A DNA stretch of 61,697 bases, counting the filler, from Dimorphilus gyrociliatus (taxonomy: Eukaryota > Animalia > Annelida), in the NCBI GenBank assembly GCA_904063045.1. It is 4 parts of 4 records of this genome, joined end to end, with 100 filler letters (N's around TTAATTAATTAA, not from the genome) between each part and the next. Parts side by side here need not be neighbours in the genome. Positions count along the whole stretch, not along the records: positions 41,314 to 55,541 come from CAJFCJ010000239.1; positions 55,642 to 61,697 come from CAJFCJ010000200.1; 2 more parts are not named here. One strand, written 5' to 3'. Under the pieces are notes generated by a model, which was not told where the DNA came from, searched no databases, and saw only the letters and a program-made list of their open reading frames with translations. Shown here one piece after another: positions 45,355 through 57,823 of this stretch; within the stretch, counting starts at the first letter, position 1; each line of letters begins with the position of its first letter. A program made the translations under genes and the position numbers.

Positions 45355-47441
45355 ATGGATTTCGTAAAAGACATTTGCAACTCAGTATTCTCATATTTTT
45401 CAAACCTATTAGAGGTAGAAACAATAGATCAGAAGAATAGACGTTTAGAAAAAGAAATATTTGAAGAAATAAAAATCGAAGAAGAAGAATCTAAAAAAAA
45501 GTTGAAAGTTGATGAAAAAGCTAATAAAATAGAATTTAATAAAAAATCAAATTTAGATAATCAAAAGAAAAAGCGTAAAGTACATCGAGTTATGGACGAA
45601 TTTAGAAAACTAGAAAGATATAGAAGTAAAAAAAGAGTTTCTTTTCTACCTACTGATTCACAAGAATACAGAAGAGAGAAAATAAAAAAGTTTATACCAA
45701 GTTATGAGTATATGAATTTTATAGATAAAGAACATGAATATTTTTATGGAGAGCCTAGTAAAAAATTCAAAAAAAGATGGAACTTTGAAGCCTTTTCAGA
45801 TTATGAGACATTAGCAAAATTACATAAACATTTAGATTTCCAATTAGAAGAAGTATATTATTATAAAGAAGAGATGTTTCATCGAGATTGTGATGATTGT
45901 TTAAAATATTATATTTATGAAAAAGCTAAATCTATAGCAGAAGATTTAGTAATTATAGAAGAAGAAAAGACAAACAAGAAAAGAGATAATTATGTAGTTG
46001 TTAATAAAAGATTTGATAAAGTAAATAATAAAAAAATAGAAGATAGTAAAAATCAACTTGGATCTGTAAAAGATAAAAAAGCTGAAGATAATACAATTAA
46101 AGATGAAAAAGTACAAGATAATAAAACTTCCATATTCGGTAATAATAGATTTGAAGATAATACAATTAAAGATGAAAAAGTAGAAGATAATAAAACTTCT
46201 CTATTCGGTAATAATAGATTTGAAGATAATACAACAAAAGATGAAAAAGTAGATGATAATAAAACTTCTCTATTCGGTAATAATAGATTTGAAGATAATA
46301 CAACAAAAGATGAAAAAGTAGATGATAATAAAACTTCTCTATTCGGTAATAATAGATTTGAAGATAATACAATTAAAGATGAAAAGGTAGATGATAATAA
46401 AACTTCCATATTCGGTAATAATAGATTTGAAGATAATACAACAAAAGATGAAAAGGTAGAAGATAATAAAACTTCCATATTCGGTAATAATAGATTTGAA
46501 GATAATACAACAAAAGATGAAAAGGTAGATGATAATAAAACTTCTCTATTCGGTAATAATAGATTTGAAGATAATACAATTAAAGATGAAAAGGTAGATG
46601 ATAATAAAACTTCCTATTTAGTAATAGATTTGAAGATAATACAATTAAAGATGAAAAAGTCAGTTCTATTGATAACAACCAAAATATTGATTTTACCAAA
46701 AATAACTTAGAAAACAATATTCTAAATGTTAAAAATCCTATCAATAATAACTTAACTAACAATCCTACTGAAAGTTTTAATTTTAATACAAAATCAATCA
46801 ATAACAATCCTATCAATAATAACAACCCAATTGGTACTTTTAATTTCTATTCAGAATCTGCTTCGAATTCTAATACTCAACCTACTATTGATAACAACCT
46901 AAATACAAACTATAACTTAAATACTCAACCTACTAAAGATAATCTTATAAATAATTATTCTAATACTCAACCTACTATTGATAACAACATAAATACAAAC
47001 TATAACTTAAATACTCAACCTACTAATGATAATCTTATAAATAATTATTCTAATACTCAACCTACTAAAGATAATCTTATAAATAATTATTCTAATACTC
47101 AACCTCCTAATGATAATAATTTTATTAGTATTTTTAATTCTAACAGAAATTCAACTCCTAATAATAATACAGTTGATGTAAATAATAATAATTCTAGTAA
47201 CACTAACAATAATAAATTTATGTTTGATTTTACTCAGAATTATACCAATACAACTCCACCTATTCTAAATTTTAATACAAATTCAGATACTAAAAATCCT
47301 TTTACTTTTAGTTCAAATACTATAAAAGATTTTAAATTTCCATTTCAAGTAAATCAAGACGATAATTCAAACAATAAGTCAAATAACTCAAATGAATCTC
47401 AAAATAACAATCCATTTTCAAATAATAACTTTGACAGGTAA
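45355..47441 (+). CDS. About 690-aa protein with 23-aa S(L/I)FG repeats and an Asn-rich FxF tail; candidate FG nucleoporin; one frame break near 46612
   Basis: CCCC-A-ATG start. Repeats read EDNT(T/I)KDEKV(D/E)DNKTS(L/I)FGNNRF. The last unit has a net 4-nt loss; correcting it continues into the frame of ORF 47220..47441 (FMFDF, NPFTF, FKFPF, NPFS). Confidence 0.65.
46084..46660 (+). repeat. Coding minisatellite, about 8.4 copies of 69 bp
   Basis: Units start at 46084, 46153, 46222, 46291, 46360, 46429, 46498 and 46567, with a partial unit at about 46632. Confidence 0.95.
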
Positions 47442-49105
47442 TAATTAATTTTATTAAATTAATATAAATTATTTTTTTATTATTTTAATTATTTTTTTAT
47501 TTACAACTACTTCAATCAATGTCATTTATTTTAAATTTTTTTTATTATTTTTTTATTACTCTTAAAATTATTTTTTTATTATTTTAATTAATTTTTTATT
47601 ATTTTAATTATTTTTTTATTTACAACTACTTCAATCAATGTCATTAACTTTAAATTTTTTTTATTATTTTAATTAATTTTTTATTATTTTAATATCAGAA
47701 AGATATAAATTATAATTACATGAAAAACTACGAGATTTTTAAAGTTTATAAAAAATTATAATTACATGAAAACTAAGAGACTTTAAAATTTTTAAAAAAT
47801 GTATAACCTATGGAAATGTAATATCATAATGTATATGACTTAATTTGAACATTGAAGTTTGAAAATATGTTAAAAGTAAGAATACGTTACAACTTTTTTG
47901 TTATTTAGTAAAATAAACGTATCACTTAAAAATTTTTATAATCTTTGAATGGTCTATAAAAATACCTAAACTGAATTTAACATAAACTGTATAGACTATA
48001 AAAGTAAATAATCTTATATTTAATATATTGTACAGTAATATTAAAGGATTATATTAAATAAAATATTATGATAAAGTTTAACAGTTTTTATATTTTCATT
48101 ATTTTTTTTAAAACAATTAACAAATATTTTTATTATTTTTTAAAAGAAGAGAATAGTTTAAAATTATAGAAATTATTTAAAAAACTATAAAAGATAAATT
48201 TATGAATTTTATTTTCAATGAAAATTAAAAGTTATTCAAAGATCAAAATTAATAGTCAAATATAATTATCTCCTGTTTTTTATATCATATGCTTTTGTCA
48301 TAATAGAGATTTAAATATGTAAAGTTAGTAAGAAAACAATTAAAGAATATAAGTTTTTCAATATTAGCTATTTTAATAGAAGGAATATTATAGTATTTTT
48401 AAATTAATTTTATACAATCACTATAAACAAAACATTCAACAAGGGTTTATCATTGTTTATCAAAAGTATTTTTATGATTAAATCGTTCTAAGATTTGGAT
48501 AAATCAATATTTGAAAAGATGCTAATCTTTAATTATTATATATAAGTTTAATAGCAGTAGAATTTAACATTTCAATTATAAATAATTTGTTTTTAATGGC
48601 AGTAGAATTTAACATTTCAATTATAAATAATTTGTTTTTAATAGCAGTAATTTAATATATTTAAATAAATAACAAGTACTTATTAGATAAATTTTTATGA
48701 TTATAAAAGAATTTATTCCTTTAATACTAATTATTATTATTAATGAAAACGTATTTTTTATTATAGATGGGTTTTATTTATTTTTATTCTTTAAAATATA
48801 CTAAATTAAAATTAAACTATAAATACTACCTTTGAAACTAGATTATCTATTTTTTGGAAAAACTCTAGATAAATTGTATTTATAAATAAAGTTCTCTTTG
48901 CTTTGATTAGCTAGTCATTTTTTAATAACTTCAAAAATATCAAAAAACTTAAACTCTGATAAAATTTAATTTACAAGATTTTAAAAATCAGGAAATAAAA
49001 AATTTCTAAAAAAACAGAATTTTTAACTTTCATAACTACAAATATAAAATTGGAACCTTAAATCAAAATTAAAAACTTTATTTTAATATTTAAAAAATAA
49101 AAGTA

Positions 49106-49110
49106 CCCCC
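49106..49110 (+). promoter_or_regulatory. Microsporidian-type CCC motif upstream of the start codon (representative example)
   Basis: CCC lies within about 7 nt of the ATG for the genes at 4445, 7704, 9592, 10386, 13346, 14863, 43467, 45355, 49112, 57823 and 60069. Confidence 0.8.
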
Positions 49111-49111
49111 A

Positions 49112-50239
49112 ATGTCTACAATTCCAACTCTAACATCATCTAATTTTGCAGACTTTAATCTCAAAGAAGATTTAATATCTACACTTAAAGATGTAGCATT
49201 TGATCATCCATCTGTAGTTCAACAAGAAACCATACCTAAGGCTATTTTAGGTGTTGATATTCTTTGTCAAGCCAAATCAGGAACTGGAAAAACAGGAGTT
49301 TTCGTAATTAGTAGTTTACAAAATTTAAAACCTGGTAACAAGATTGTTGTGATGGTTAATACCAGAGAATTAGCAAATCAGGTTATGTCAGAATACCAGC
49401 GTTTTCTAAAAAGATCTGAATTTAAAGCTGGTTGTTTCTTTGGTGGGAATCCAATAGAAGAAGATCTTAAAAAGTTAGAAGATAGACTAGATATATTTAT
49501 AGGAACACCAGGACGAACACTTGCATTATTAGAAAGTGGGAAGCTAGATTTTAATGATGTACAAATTTTTATTGTCGATGAATGTGATGTTATTGAAGAT
49601 TTAAAAATCAGGTACCAAATACAAAAGATATTTTTTAAAACGCCTACAAACAAACAAACTATGTTTTTTTCAGCAACTCTACCTAAAGATGCTAAAGAAA
49701 CCTGTCTTTTGTTTTTGAATGAACCACACGTAGTAATTATAGAGGATGAAGGTAAATTAACATTACATGGTCTTACTCAAAGATATGTAGATTTAAGAGA
49801 GAGTGAAAAACCAGGAACACTTATTAAAATATTAGACAAAGAAGAAATTAACCAAATGGTAATATTTGTTAATGACAAACGAAAAGCGACATTCCTTACT
49901 AAACACTTAAATGAAAAAGGATTCCCATGCTTTGATATTCATTCTGGCATTAGACCAGAAGAAAGAAGTAGAAGATTTGAAAGTTTCAAAAATCTACAGA
50001 GTAGAATTCTGATAACAACCAATTTATTAGCTAGAGGAATTGATATACAAGATATAAACTTTGTTATAAATTATGATATGTCAGAAAACGCTGAAACCTA
50101 TTTACATAGAGTAGGACGTGCAGGAAGATTTGAAACTAAAGGAACTGCTATAAGCTTTCTTGCAAGAGCTGAAGATATAGCAGTTTTAAATGAAGTACAA
50201 AGTAGGTTTGAGGTTTCGGTTAAAAAGGTAGAATATTAA
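49112..50239 (+). CDS. SUB2: DECD-box RNA helicase UAP56/Sub2
   Basis: Q-motif FDHPSVVQ, AKSGTGKT, VDECD, SAT, TNLLARGIDI and YLHRVGRAGRF. Confidence 0.95.
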   Translation: MSTIPTLTSSNFADFNLKEDLISTLKDVAFDHPSVVQQETIPKAILGVDILCQAKSGTGKTGVFVISSLQNLKPGNKIVVMVNTRELANQVMSEYQRFLKRSEFKAGCFFGGNPIEEDLKKLEDRLDIFIGTPGRTLALLESGKLDFNDVQIFIVDECDVIEDLKIRYQIQKIFFKTPTNKQTMFFSATLPKDAKETCLLFLNEPHVVIIEDEGKLTLHGLTQRYVDLRESEKPGTLIKILDKEEINQMVIFVNDKRKATFLTKHLNEKGFPCFDIHSGIRPEERSRRFESFKNLQSRILITTNLLARGIDIQDINFVINYDMSENAETYLHRVGRAGRFETKGTAISFLARAEDIAVLNEVQSRFEVSVKKVEY

Positions 50240-50320
50240 CTAAAATTCTTGTTTTTGTGATTTTTAATCTAAAATTATTAATTATAGATTATTCTATAAA
50301 TAGTCAGTTGTTATAGCATA

Positions 50321-50595
50321 TAAATAAAAATTATTATTTAAATAAATTTTATATTTTTATGAAAAGAGAGTTTTTAAAAATAATAAAAAAAGACTTTTTT
50401 TAAATAAAAATTATTATTTAAATAAATTTTATATTTTTATGGAAAGAGAGTTTTTAAAAATAATAAAAAATGCTTTTTTAAATAAAATTATTATTTAAAT
50501 AAATTTTATATTTTTATGGAAAGAGAGTTTTTAAAAATAATAAAAAATGCTTTTTTTAAATAAAAATTATTATTTAAATAAATTTTATATTTTTT
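50321..50595. repeat. Tandem repeat, about 3.5 copies of 78-80 bp, downstream of SUB2
   Basis: TAAATAAAAATTATTATTTAAATAAATTTTATATTTTTATG.AAAGAGAGTTTTTAAAAATAATAAAAAA starts at about 50321, 50401, 50479 and 50557. Confidence 0.9.
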
Positions 50596-50966
50596 GTTTT
50601 TAATTCAGAGTCCCAAAAATTAACCTGTTTTTTTAATTCATTTATTCTATTATATATTTTTATAATTATACAATAATAAATGTATATAGAATGGGATTTG
50701 AGGCCATTTAGGAATATCCCCTTTTAAAGTGTTCTTTTTTTGCTTTAAAGCGAAAATTTCTGAATAATGGTCATAGTCATGTTTAATCAATATCTTATTA
50801 AGTTCGTTTATTTTTATAATAACATCTTTGTACTCTTTTTTAAAATTCTTTCAAGTCACTATAAATTGTTATTCTTTACTTCTATCTCATCATAATATGA
50901 ACTTTTATTTCATTTTATCTAACATATTCTATAATTGTTATTTTTTATCTTTGTTATTCATATTTG

Positions 50967-51942
50967 GGCTAATGTACCAATCTACACTACCCCTCAGAGC
51001 ATACTGAAAAAAAAATTTAACCCTTAAAATCATGAGAAATTTTCCTGACAACAATTCTATTGTTAATTTTATTTTAGTTTATTTGAAGTAAAAAGAACCA
51101 ATATTTGTATGAAATGTAATGGAATAATGTTTGTTGTTCTAACTTCCATACAAAATATAGTGTTTAAGTGTAAATCTAAGTATTGTAGACTTGAGAAGTC
51201 ATCTTTTTCTGAAACTATTTTTTATAAAACTAATTATTTCCTTTTTATGAAGGTTATATGGCTTTGGTTAAACAACTATAGCCAAAAACAAATTATTGAA
51301 CTAACAAGAATAAATTCGAAAACAATACTTAAGTATTTGAAAATATTAGTAATTAAAATGGAAAAATTTTATTTGACTAACTTTGAGTCAATTGGTGGTG
51401 AAAATATAGAAATCAAAGTAGATGAAAGTAAATTTGGTAAGACAAAGTATAACAAGGGGCGTTCTGTTGAGGGAGTGTGGGTAATAGGACTGGTAGAGAG
51501 AACAGAAGCAAGAAGAATAATTTTGGTTCCTGTTGCCAAACGCGACAGTCAAACTATCAACCATATATTTGAGGCCTATGTTAAAACCGGTAGCATAGTT
51601 AATACTGACAAACGGAAAGGATATTCGGATATACATCTAAATTGGTCTCATTTAAAAGTAAATCATAGTAAAAATTATAAGGATCCTTTAACAGGATGTC
51701 ATACTCATACAATTGAAGGAAATTGGAGAGCAATAAAACAAGAAGTTCCCAATAAATGTAAGAAAATGACAGAGATAATACCTTATCTTGCCAAGTTTAT
51801 GTTAAAAAGATGGTATCCTCGAGAATTTTTTGAAGTTTTTATTAAATTTCTTTTAAGTTTTTTCATTTTTAAAAATAAAAATTAAGGGTTAAATTTTTTT
51901 TTCAGTATGCTCTGAGGGGTAGTGTAGAATGGTACATTAGCC
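50967..51942 (+). mobile_element. Young Merlin DNA transposon with 61-bp TIRs, 8-bp TSD and ISXO2-type DDE transposase (ORF 51109..51885)
   Basis: TIRs 50967-51027 and 51882-51942 (GGCTAATGTACCA.TCTACACTACCCCTCAGAGC..., one mismatch). TSD CATATTTG at 50959-66 and 51943-50. Motifs VDESKFGKTKYNKGR, NTD..KGY and VNHS...DPLTGCHTHTIEGNW. Confidence 0.95.
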
Positions 51943-52489
51943 CATATTTGTTTTAATCCTAAAATTATTATCCCTTTTTGTCAAAATAAATTCTATAGCT
52001 AAAGAAATTCATGTCAAAACTTTAAAAATGTATGTTTTTTAATTGGATTTCAATGGTTCAAATTTAACAGTTTTCAATTGTTCAATATATTAGTTTTTGG
52101 AAGTTTAAATAACTCTTTTCTTATAATTTTATTTTTCCATAGCAAAAGTTTATAATAAGTTTGTTGAGTTAGCAGATAAAAACTGTTGATCTTGTGTACC
52201 AGAAAATCGTCTAGAACAACACATATCTTCCTTCCATTTTTTCATTTATATCTTGGGTGCGTAAAAAGAAGGGGGTTGGTAACTCAAGCAGGTTTATTGG
52301 TTTTATATGTTGTTTGGTAAAAATACATTTGGGGTACATCTATTTTTACCTAGAACTTGTCCTTAATGGTGTTTTCAATATTGGAATTGTTTAATGTTTC
52401 ATTTGATCAAGTACAGATTTTTGTATTGGACGATCGATTTAGGTTTATTAGAAAAAGTAGTAAAAAGGTGAATGTTTTAATATTACATC

Positions 52490-53080
52490 ATGATATACAT
52501 GGTTTTGTTTGGCCGTGTATAACGAGAAAAAGTAATAATATGAAATCTTCTCTATATAAGATGTTTATTTTTATAATATGTGGATGTAGTATAAAAACAC
52601 CACCAATACAGATTTATAATGTATATAACATCAGTAAACCCTTATATAATAGTATTTTAAAGATTATTTGCAAATGCTATGCTATGATGACTTTTCGGAA
52701 ACAAAATAAGGGGTGGTAGTAGAACCATTAAAATAATAAGGATGCCATCAGTAAAATGAAAAATAGTAAAGTAAGACCATAGAGCAGATATGAGTTATAT
52801 TTAGTTTCTGTAGAGCTACAAAAAGTGTTTCTCCAAGCCTGCCATAAAAATAGATGAAGAAACACTATCTGAAACAATCATCAAAAATGTAAAAGAGTAT
52901 ACTGCTATTATAACATATGAGAGAAAAGGATATAATGAAGTAAAATTCCTTAAATAAGGTTATTTTATTATTAAACACAAAGATATATTTTTAGACCCAA
53001 AAAGAGAAAAACATACTCAAAACATAGAAAATCAATGAAAATAACACAATTACTATTTAAAAACTTGAGGTAGTAATATA
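52490..53080 (+). mobile_element. Heavily decayed Merlin transposase
   Basis: Relics HGFVWPC, KIRGGSR, DEETLSETIIKNVKEYTAIITYERKGY and FLDPKREKHTQNIENQ*. Confidence 0.7.
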
Positions 53081-53869
53081 AAGGCAAATATAAAATCATA
53101 TATCAACTATTATTTATTTTAAAAACGAAAAATATTTTTTTAAAAGTTTTAAATCGGAATAAAATCAGTAAAAAACTATTTTAAATCATAAAACACTTTT
53201 TTTTTCTTTTAAGAAGCAAATATAGCTGTCCCTGTCCCCTCTCTTTACCAACTTCTTTTTATATTCACAATTAATAAAACTGTTATTTTTGTTTTAACTT
53301 TTGGACAGAAGCTCTGTTGTTCGAATGTTTGATAAAAAGACCTATTAGATTGTTAATAAATACTTTTCCTGGACAATACAATTGTTTTATTGACTTAACG
53401 TCTGATTCGTTAACCTTTGATGTTGTTTGATAAATAATAACATTTTTAAACATGTTTTGATCTTTAAATTTCCGTAAAAATAATATATTATATTAACAGT
53501 GTTTTTTATATCATTTTTTGATCTAGTAAGTCTAACTTTTCTTAGTTTTTTAGTTTTGTCTACAAGATGTGAATAATTCTTCATATCTAGTTTTTCTTGG
53601 TATTTTCGTTACTCCATGATGTTTCTTTATGCAATAATATAAAGTGTAAACACTATTAACTGTTTTATTTTAAGAAATGGTAATATTAGCCTTGCTGGCT
53701 ATTTTTTTATATATCCATTTTAAATTTTCTATAGCTTTTCGAATAGCCTTCTTCTTCCAATAATTGCTAATTATTTTTCAGAGCTTTTTATGAGTGTGCT
53801 AAAATTTTTATTAAAGAATGAAGCTTCGATTTAGTAAACAAAAAATTCTAAACAGGTGCAAAAATTTTT

Positions 53870-54800
53870 AAAATGGAGACAAACATAAAATATGTCGAAA
53901 AGTGACTAAATTCATAAAAAAACACTGGAATACGTCTAAACACACCCTATTTAGTATATTTAACCACTTTATATATATTTTACAATTTTTTTTAGTTTTA
54001 CAGAAAGAGTGCATATTATTTAAAGTTTGTTCCAAAACCGAGATTGTGATGACTTTGTACTCCATTGTAGTTTATTACGTACAATAAATCATATAAAGTT
54101 ATACTTTTTTATTATCAAATTCAAAGAAATTTCTAATTGATATCATTATGTTAAAAATAACTGTGGAATCTGATATTACTTTAATCACTAAGTTGAACTA
54201 GTAAGTTGATGGGGGTAAAACTTTAGTAATCCTGCATTATACGATGAATTTTCATGTTATTCAATGTTAACAAAATCGCCTGATTTTAATTTTTACTCTT
54301 TAGATTTGAATGCTATTTAACTATTCTTCCAAAATTAAAAGACTTGTTATTGAAGATTTTGAGTTATAATAATATTAATTTAAACTAATACCTTCAAGTT
54401 TTTTATTAAGTGGATATGAAAATGTAACTTCTCTATAAGAGAAAGTTTTTTCATCATTCATATTTACATGGAATCAAAATACTATTCGTTACTTTAAATG
54501 TTTTTCATTTGTCTATATTAATTTATAGAGATTTTCTATCCAGAATTATCCTCTTTCATCACAATTGTATACCTGAGTGTGAATACCCTACAGATTTCTT
54601 TTTTAAGTTCAATTTAGATTGAATATTTGCTAACCTTTATTCCTAGACAGTGCTTTTTGTTGCAAATGTATAATAGTTAGTTTATTTATGTGTTTATCAA
54701 AAGCAATAAATCTGAGGTGCCCAATTTTTTAGACATTTTTATGAGATCGATATAAAAAATTGCAAAATTCCAACCTCTTATATTTGTTTCTATTGATGAA
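53870..54800 (-). mobile_element. Decayed pogo/Tigger-like (DDE_1) transposase
   Basis: TQVYNCDERG*FW (54578-54540), VNMNDEK, ILLTLNNMKIH and VLPPST occur in the order expected for pogo transposases. Confidence 0.55.
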
Positions 54801-55541
54801 ATATTGCGTCAAATTATGATATACTTCTTTCCTTATAGATGTCTTTTTCTTGTGTTTTACGATGGCAATATCAGGCAGTGTTTCTTTTTCTTTCATGAGT
54901 TTGTTATGAAAACATTTTATATATTTCTTTACATCAAAGAAATTTTGTTTTATACTTAAAAAGTATCACTTTTACTATTAAACATGGTTAACATAGACAA
55001 AAAAACAAGTCTTCAAAATACGAAAATACTCTTTTAAATTTATTTAAAACCACAAAAAACATGTTTAATAATTTTCAAGAAAGACTTTTTTGTTTGTTTT
55101 ATTTAAGTACTGTTCAGTTTAAAGAGTTTGATTGTATATATTTTATTAACTTATTGATTTGTATTAATTAATATATTTTCATTTTAAACTTCTATATAAA
55201 GAATAAGTGGTAAAAATACAAAATAAAAAAAACTATAAAAATACTAAATATCGATAATATATTGAATTTAATACTTTTTATATAAATTTTTAATTATTTA
55301 TTATAACACTTGTAATTTATATATTTTAAATTTGTATATTTATTTAGTATTTTAAATTTATACATAATAGATTTATATATTTATTTAGTATTTTAATATA
55401 TATTTTAAATTTATATATTTATTTAGTATTTTAAATTTTAATATATTAAATTTAATATTTTTAATATCAATTTTTAATTATTATTTTTTTAATTTTAAAA
55501 AAATGATTTAAAATTCTTTTTTTAAAAAATTTGTTTTTATT

Positions 55542-55641
55542 NNNNNNNNNNNNNNNNNNNNNNNNNNNNNNNNNNNNNNNNNNNNTTAATTAATTAANNN
55601 NNNNNNNNNNNNNNNNNNNNNNNNNNNNNNNNNNNNNNNNN
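55542..55641. other. Artificial contig-joining spacer
   Basis: N44-TTAATTAATTAA-N44. Confidence 0.98.
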
Positions 55642-57823
55642 GCACAACTATCAGCCTGTAGATATGCAAAAGCTGGATAACCTAAAGATCTTAATCCTCC
55701 CATTGACATATAAAATGGATGCCTAGAATATTCATCTTTCCAATGAATATAAGTGTTTTGTATATTGCTTAGCAAGTTTTTGTGTTGTCGTAATCCTCCC
55801 ATTTATCTTTATCGGCTAGACCATCTCCAATCATCATTATTGTATCACCAGTTGTAAATTTTCATGATATTCATATGAATTTTGTTTCTGTAGACTTTCC
55901 AGAAATCGTCTTCCTTGAGAACATTTGTAGCATTTCATCTACAGTAAGTGTTCCTTGATCTCTTTCTCAACAAGCCAGGATATCCTTTAATACGTTCATC
56001 AATCATTTCAGAAAATTGTAAAAGAACTCCTCATCAACAGAATGGAAGAATTCTCTCTCAAGGCATCTTTTACTTGACCATCGAAACTTCAATTTCTTCT
56101 ACAGGTATATTATATTTTTCTTCTAATTGAATAGTAATACCATCTAATTGTTTCTTTGTAACCAAATACAGAACTCTTCTCTCATTAGTAAATATTTAGA
56201 TACACTTTTTCTTGAGGGTACTTGGACAACCTCGGTATTCATTTTTATAGCACCTTTATTAATATAATTTAAAATTCCTTCTTCTTCAACTTTTAATGAA
56301 TCATATTCATATGAAATTTTCTTTCCTCCTGTTTTTTCTAGAACATTACTTAAGCAATCTCCTACGTCTTTTACTTCTCTTACCAAGTCGTAGGATCCAT
56401 TTCCTAAATCAGCTACTGCTTTTACAGTATCAATAGAAACACATCCTCCAATTCCAATGGAATAAAATCTAATTTCGTTCTTTACTTCTTTAGATACAAT
56501 TCTTTAATCTGTTTTAGATTACCATCTCCTCCGTCTGTCAATAAAACAATACTCTTTTCTATATCATCTTCTCCTGTTTTTCCGATACAATCTACTGCTT
56601 TTCGTAGCGCCTTAAGTATATTAGTTCCTCCATCAGGTATAACTTTCTCATTTGCATCTCTTTTATACTTTTGAATATTGTCTCCATTAATTTTAGTACT
56701 TCTTCCCATTAGAACATCTGTTTCATCACTAAAGAATACAATATTAACATAAACATCTAAATTGAAACTGTACTCATAAAAACATCAACAGCTTTTGCAA
56801 CTATTTCGTATGGTTTTGTACTGCTATTAGTAAATTCCATAGAATAAGATTTATCTACCACAAGTACAATTTCTCTTTTAGTCTCTACTGAATTTCTTAT
56901 AACATCTTTAGTTGGTGAAGTGATTAATCTATAAACGTTGATGTCATCAATAGCAAATTTAGATACAGAAACTCTAGGTTCTACTTCCATTTTAAGACTA
57001 AATACAATATCATCATCTTTTTCAGATTTCTCTATCATGTATTTAAATTCTTCTTTTTTAAATTCTTTCTCATCATATCTACTTCCCAATCTTTTACATG
57101 TGAAAAGTCTATTTCAAAATCAAAATCACAAAGTCCGTATTCATTTTTAGTCCAATTTGAATTAGATCTGTCTTTTATACCATATTTAAAATATGAGCTT
57201 CTAGGGAATATGTAACGTCTTTCTGAATTACCAACCATACTAGTGAATACTTCAGTCTTTTGTTGCCATGTTAAATTAATTTTAACTTTCTTAGCATTTC
57301 TTACACTTTTTGTAGGTTTTAAAGAGAATGAGAACACGTCATTGTCAACTGTTGCCTTTCCAGAAGTTTCATTATCTTTTGCATTTTCATATACTTCTTC
57401 ACCAAAAGTCTTTAAACATGTTACTGATTTATAATGTTTATCATCTAACCATAATTCATATTTCATAACACGAGCAAATGGTGGAATAGGTCCCATAAAT
57501 TTCAACTCAGAAATATTAGCATTTCCTCCATTTGGATTTTCATATTCTAATTTCAATTCATCAATAAAGAACTCACCAAGTGACACCGAATTAACATTAC
57601 AAGACTTATATATAAATCTGTTTTGAGGTGCTTCTCTTTCTTCATTCCAATTTCCTCCAAAGAATCCAAAAAGCCTTGTCGTTGTCTTGGACTGGTTTCT
57701 TCAAATTCAGCAAACAACTCAGGATATCTTACAATCCTTGTATTAACAGGAACAGATAATAGTAAAAAGATACTAAAGCTATAGAACTAATTAATTTAGC
57801 TATAGTATTTAAAGTGAAAACAT
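55642..57823 (-). pseudogene. VIT + von Willebrand A domain protein with an N-terminal hydrophobic leader; many frameshifts; 3' end cut by the contig edge
   Basis: CCCTT-ATG at 57823. VIT-like ELKFMGPIPPFARVMKYELWLD...YENAK...G. vWA motifs EIVLVVDKSYSM (DxSxS MIDAS), GGTNILKAL, IVLLTDG and RFYSIGIG...VKAVADLGNG are split across frames. Confidence 0.75.

Noticed and set aside
46084-46660. CRISPR-like array
   Set aside because: The units are contiguous 69-bp in-frame repeats with no unique spacers, there are no cas genes, and the context is eukaryotic.
46053-46825. Minus-strand ORFs 46053..46478, 46166..46372, 46373..46579 and 46580..46825
   Set aside because: These are antisense shadows of the coding minisatellite.
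51950-52240. Possible IS630/Tc1 relic (LDDFLVHK...NPIKK) on the minus strand next to the Merlin
   Set aside because: The similarity is too weak and fragmentary to call without a profile search.
55590-55802. 70-aa ORF
   Set aside because: It runs into the N spacer and is a frameshifted piece of the VIT-vWA gene's 3' region.
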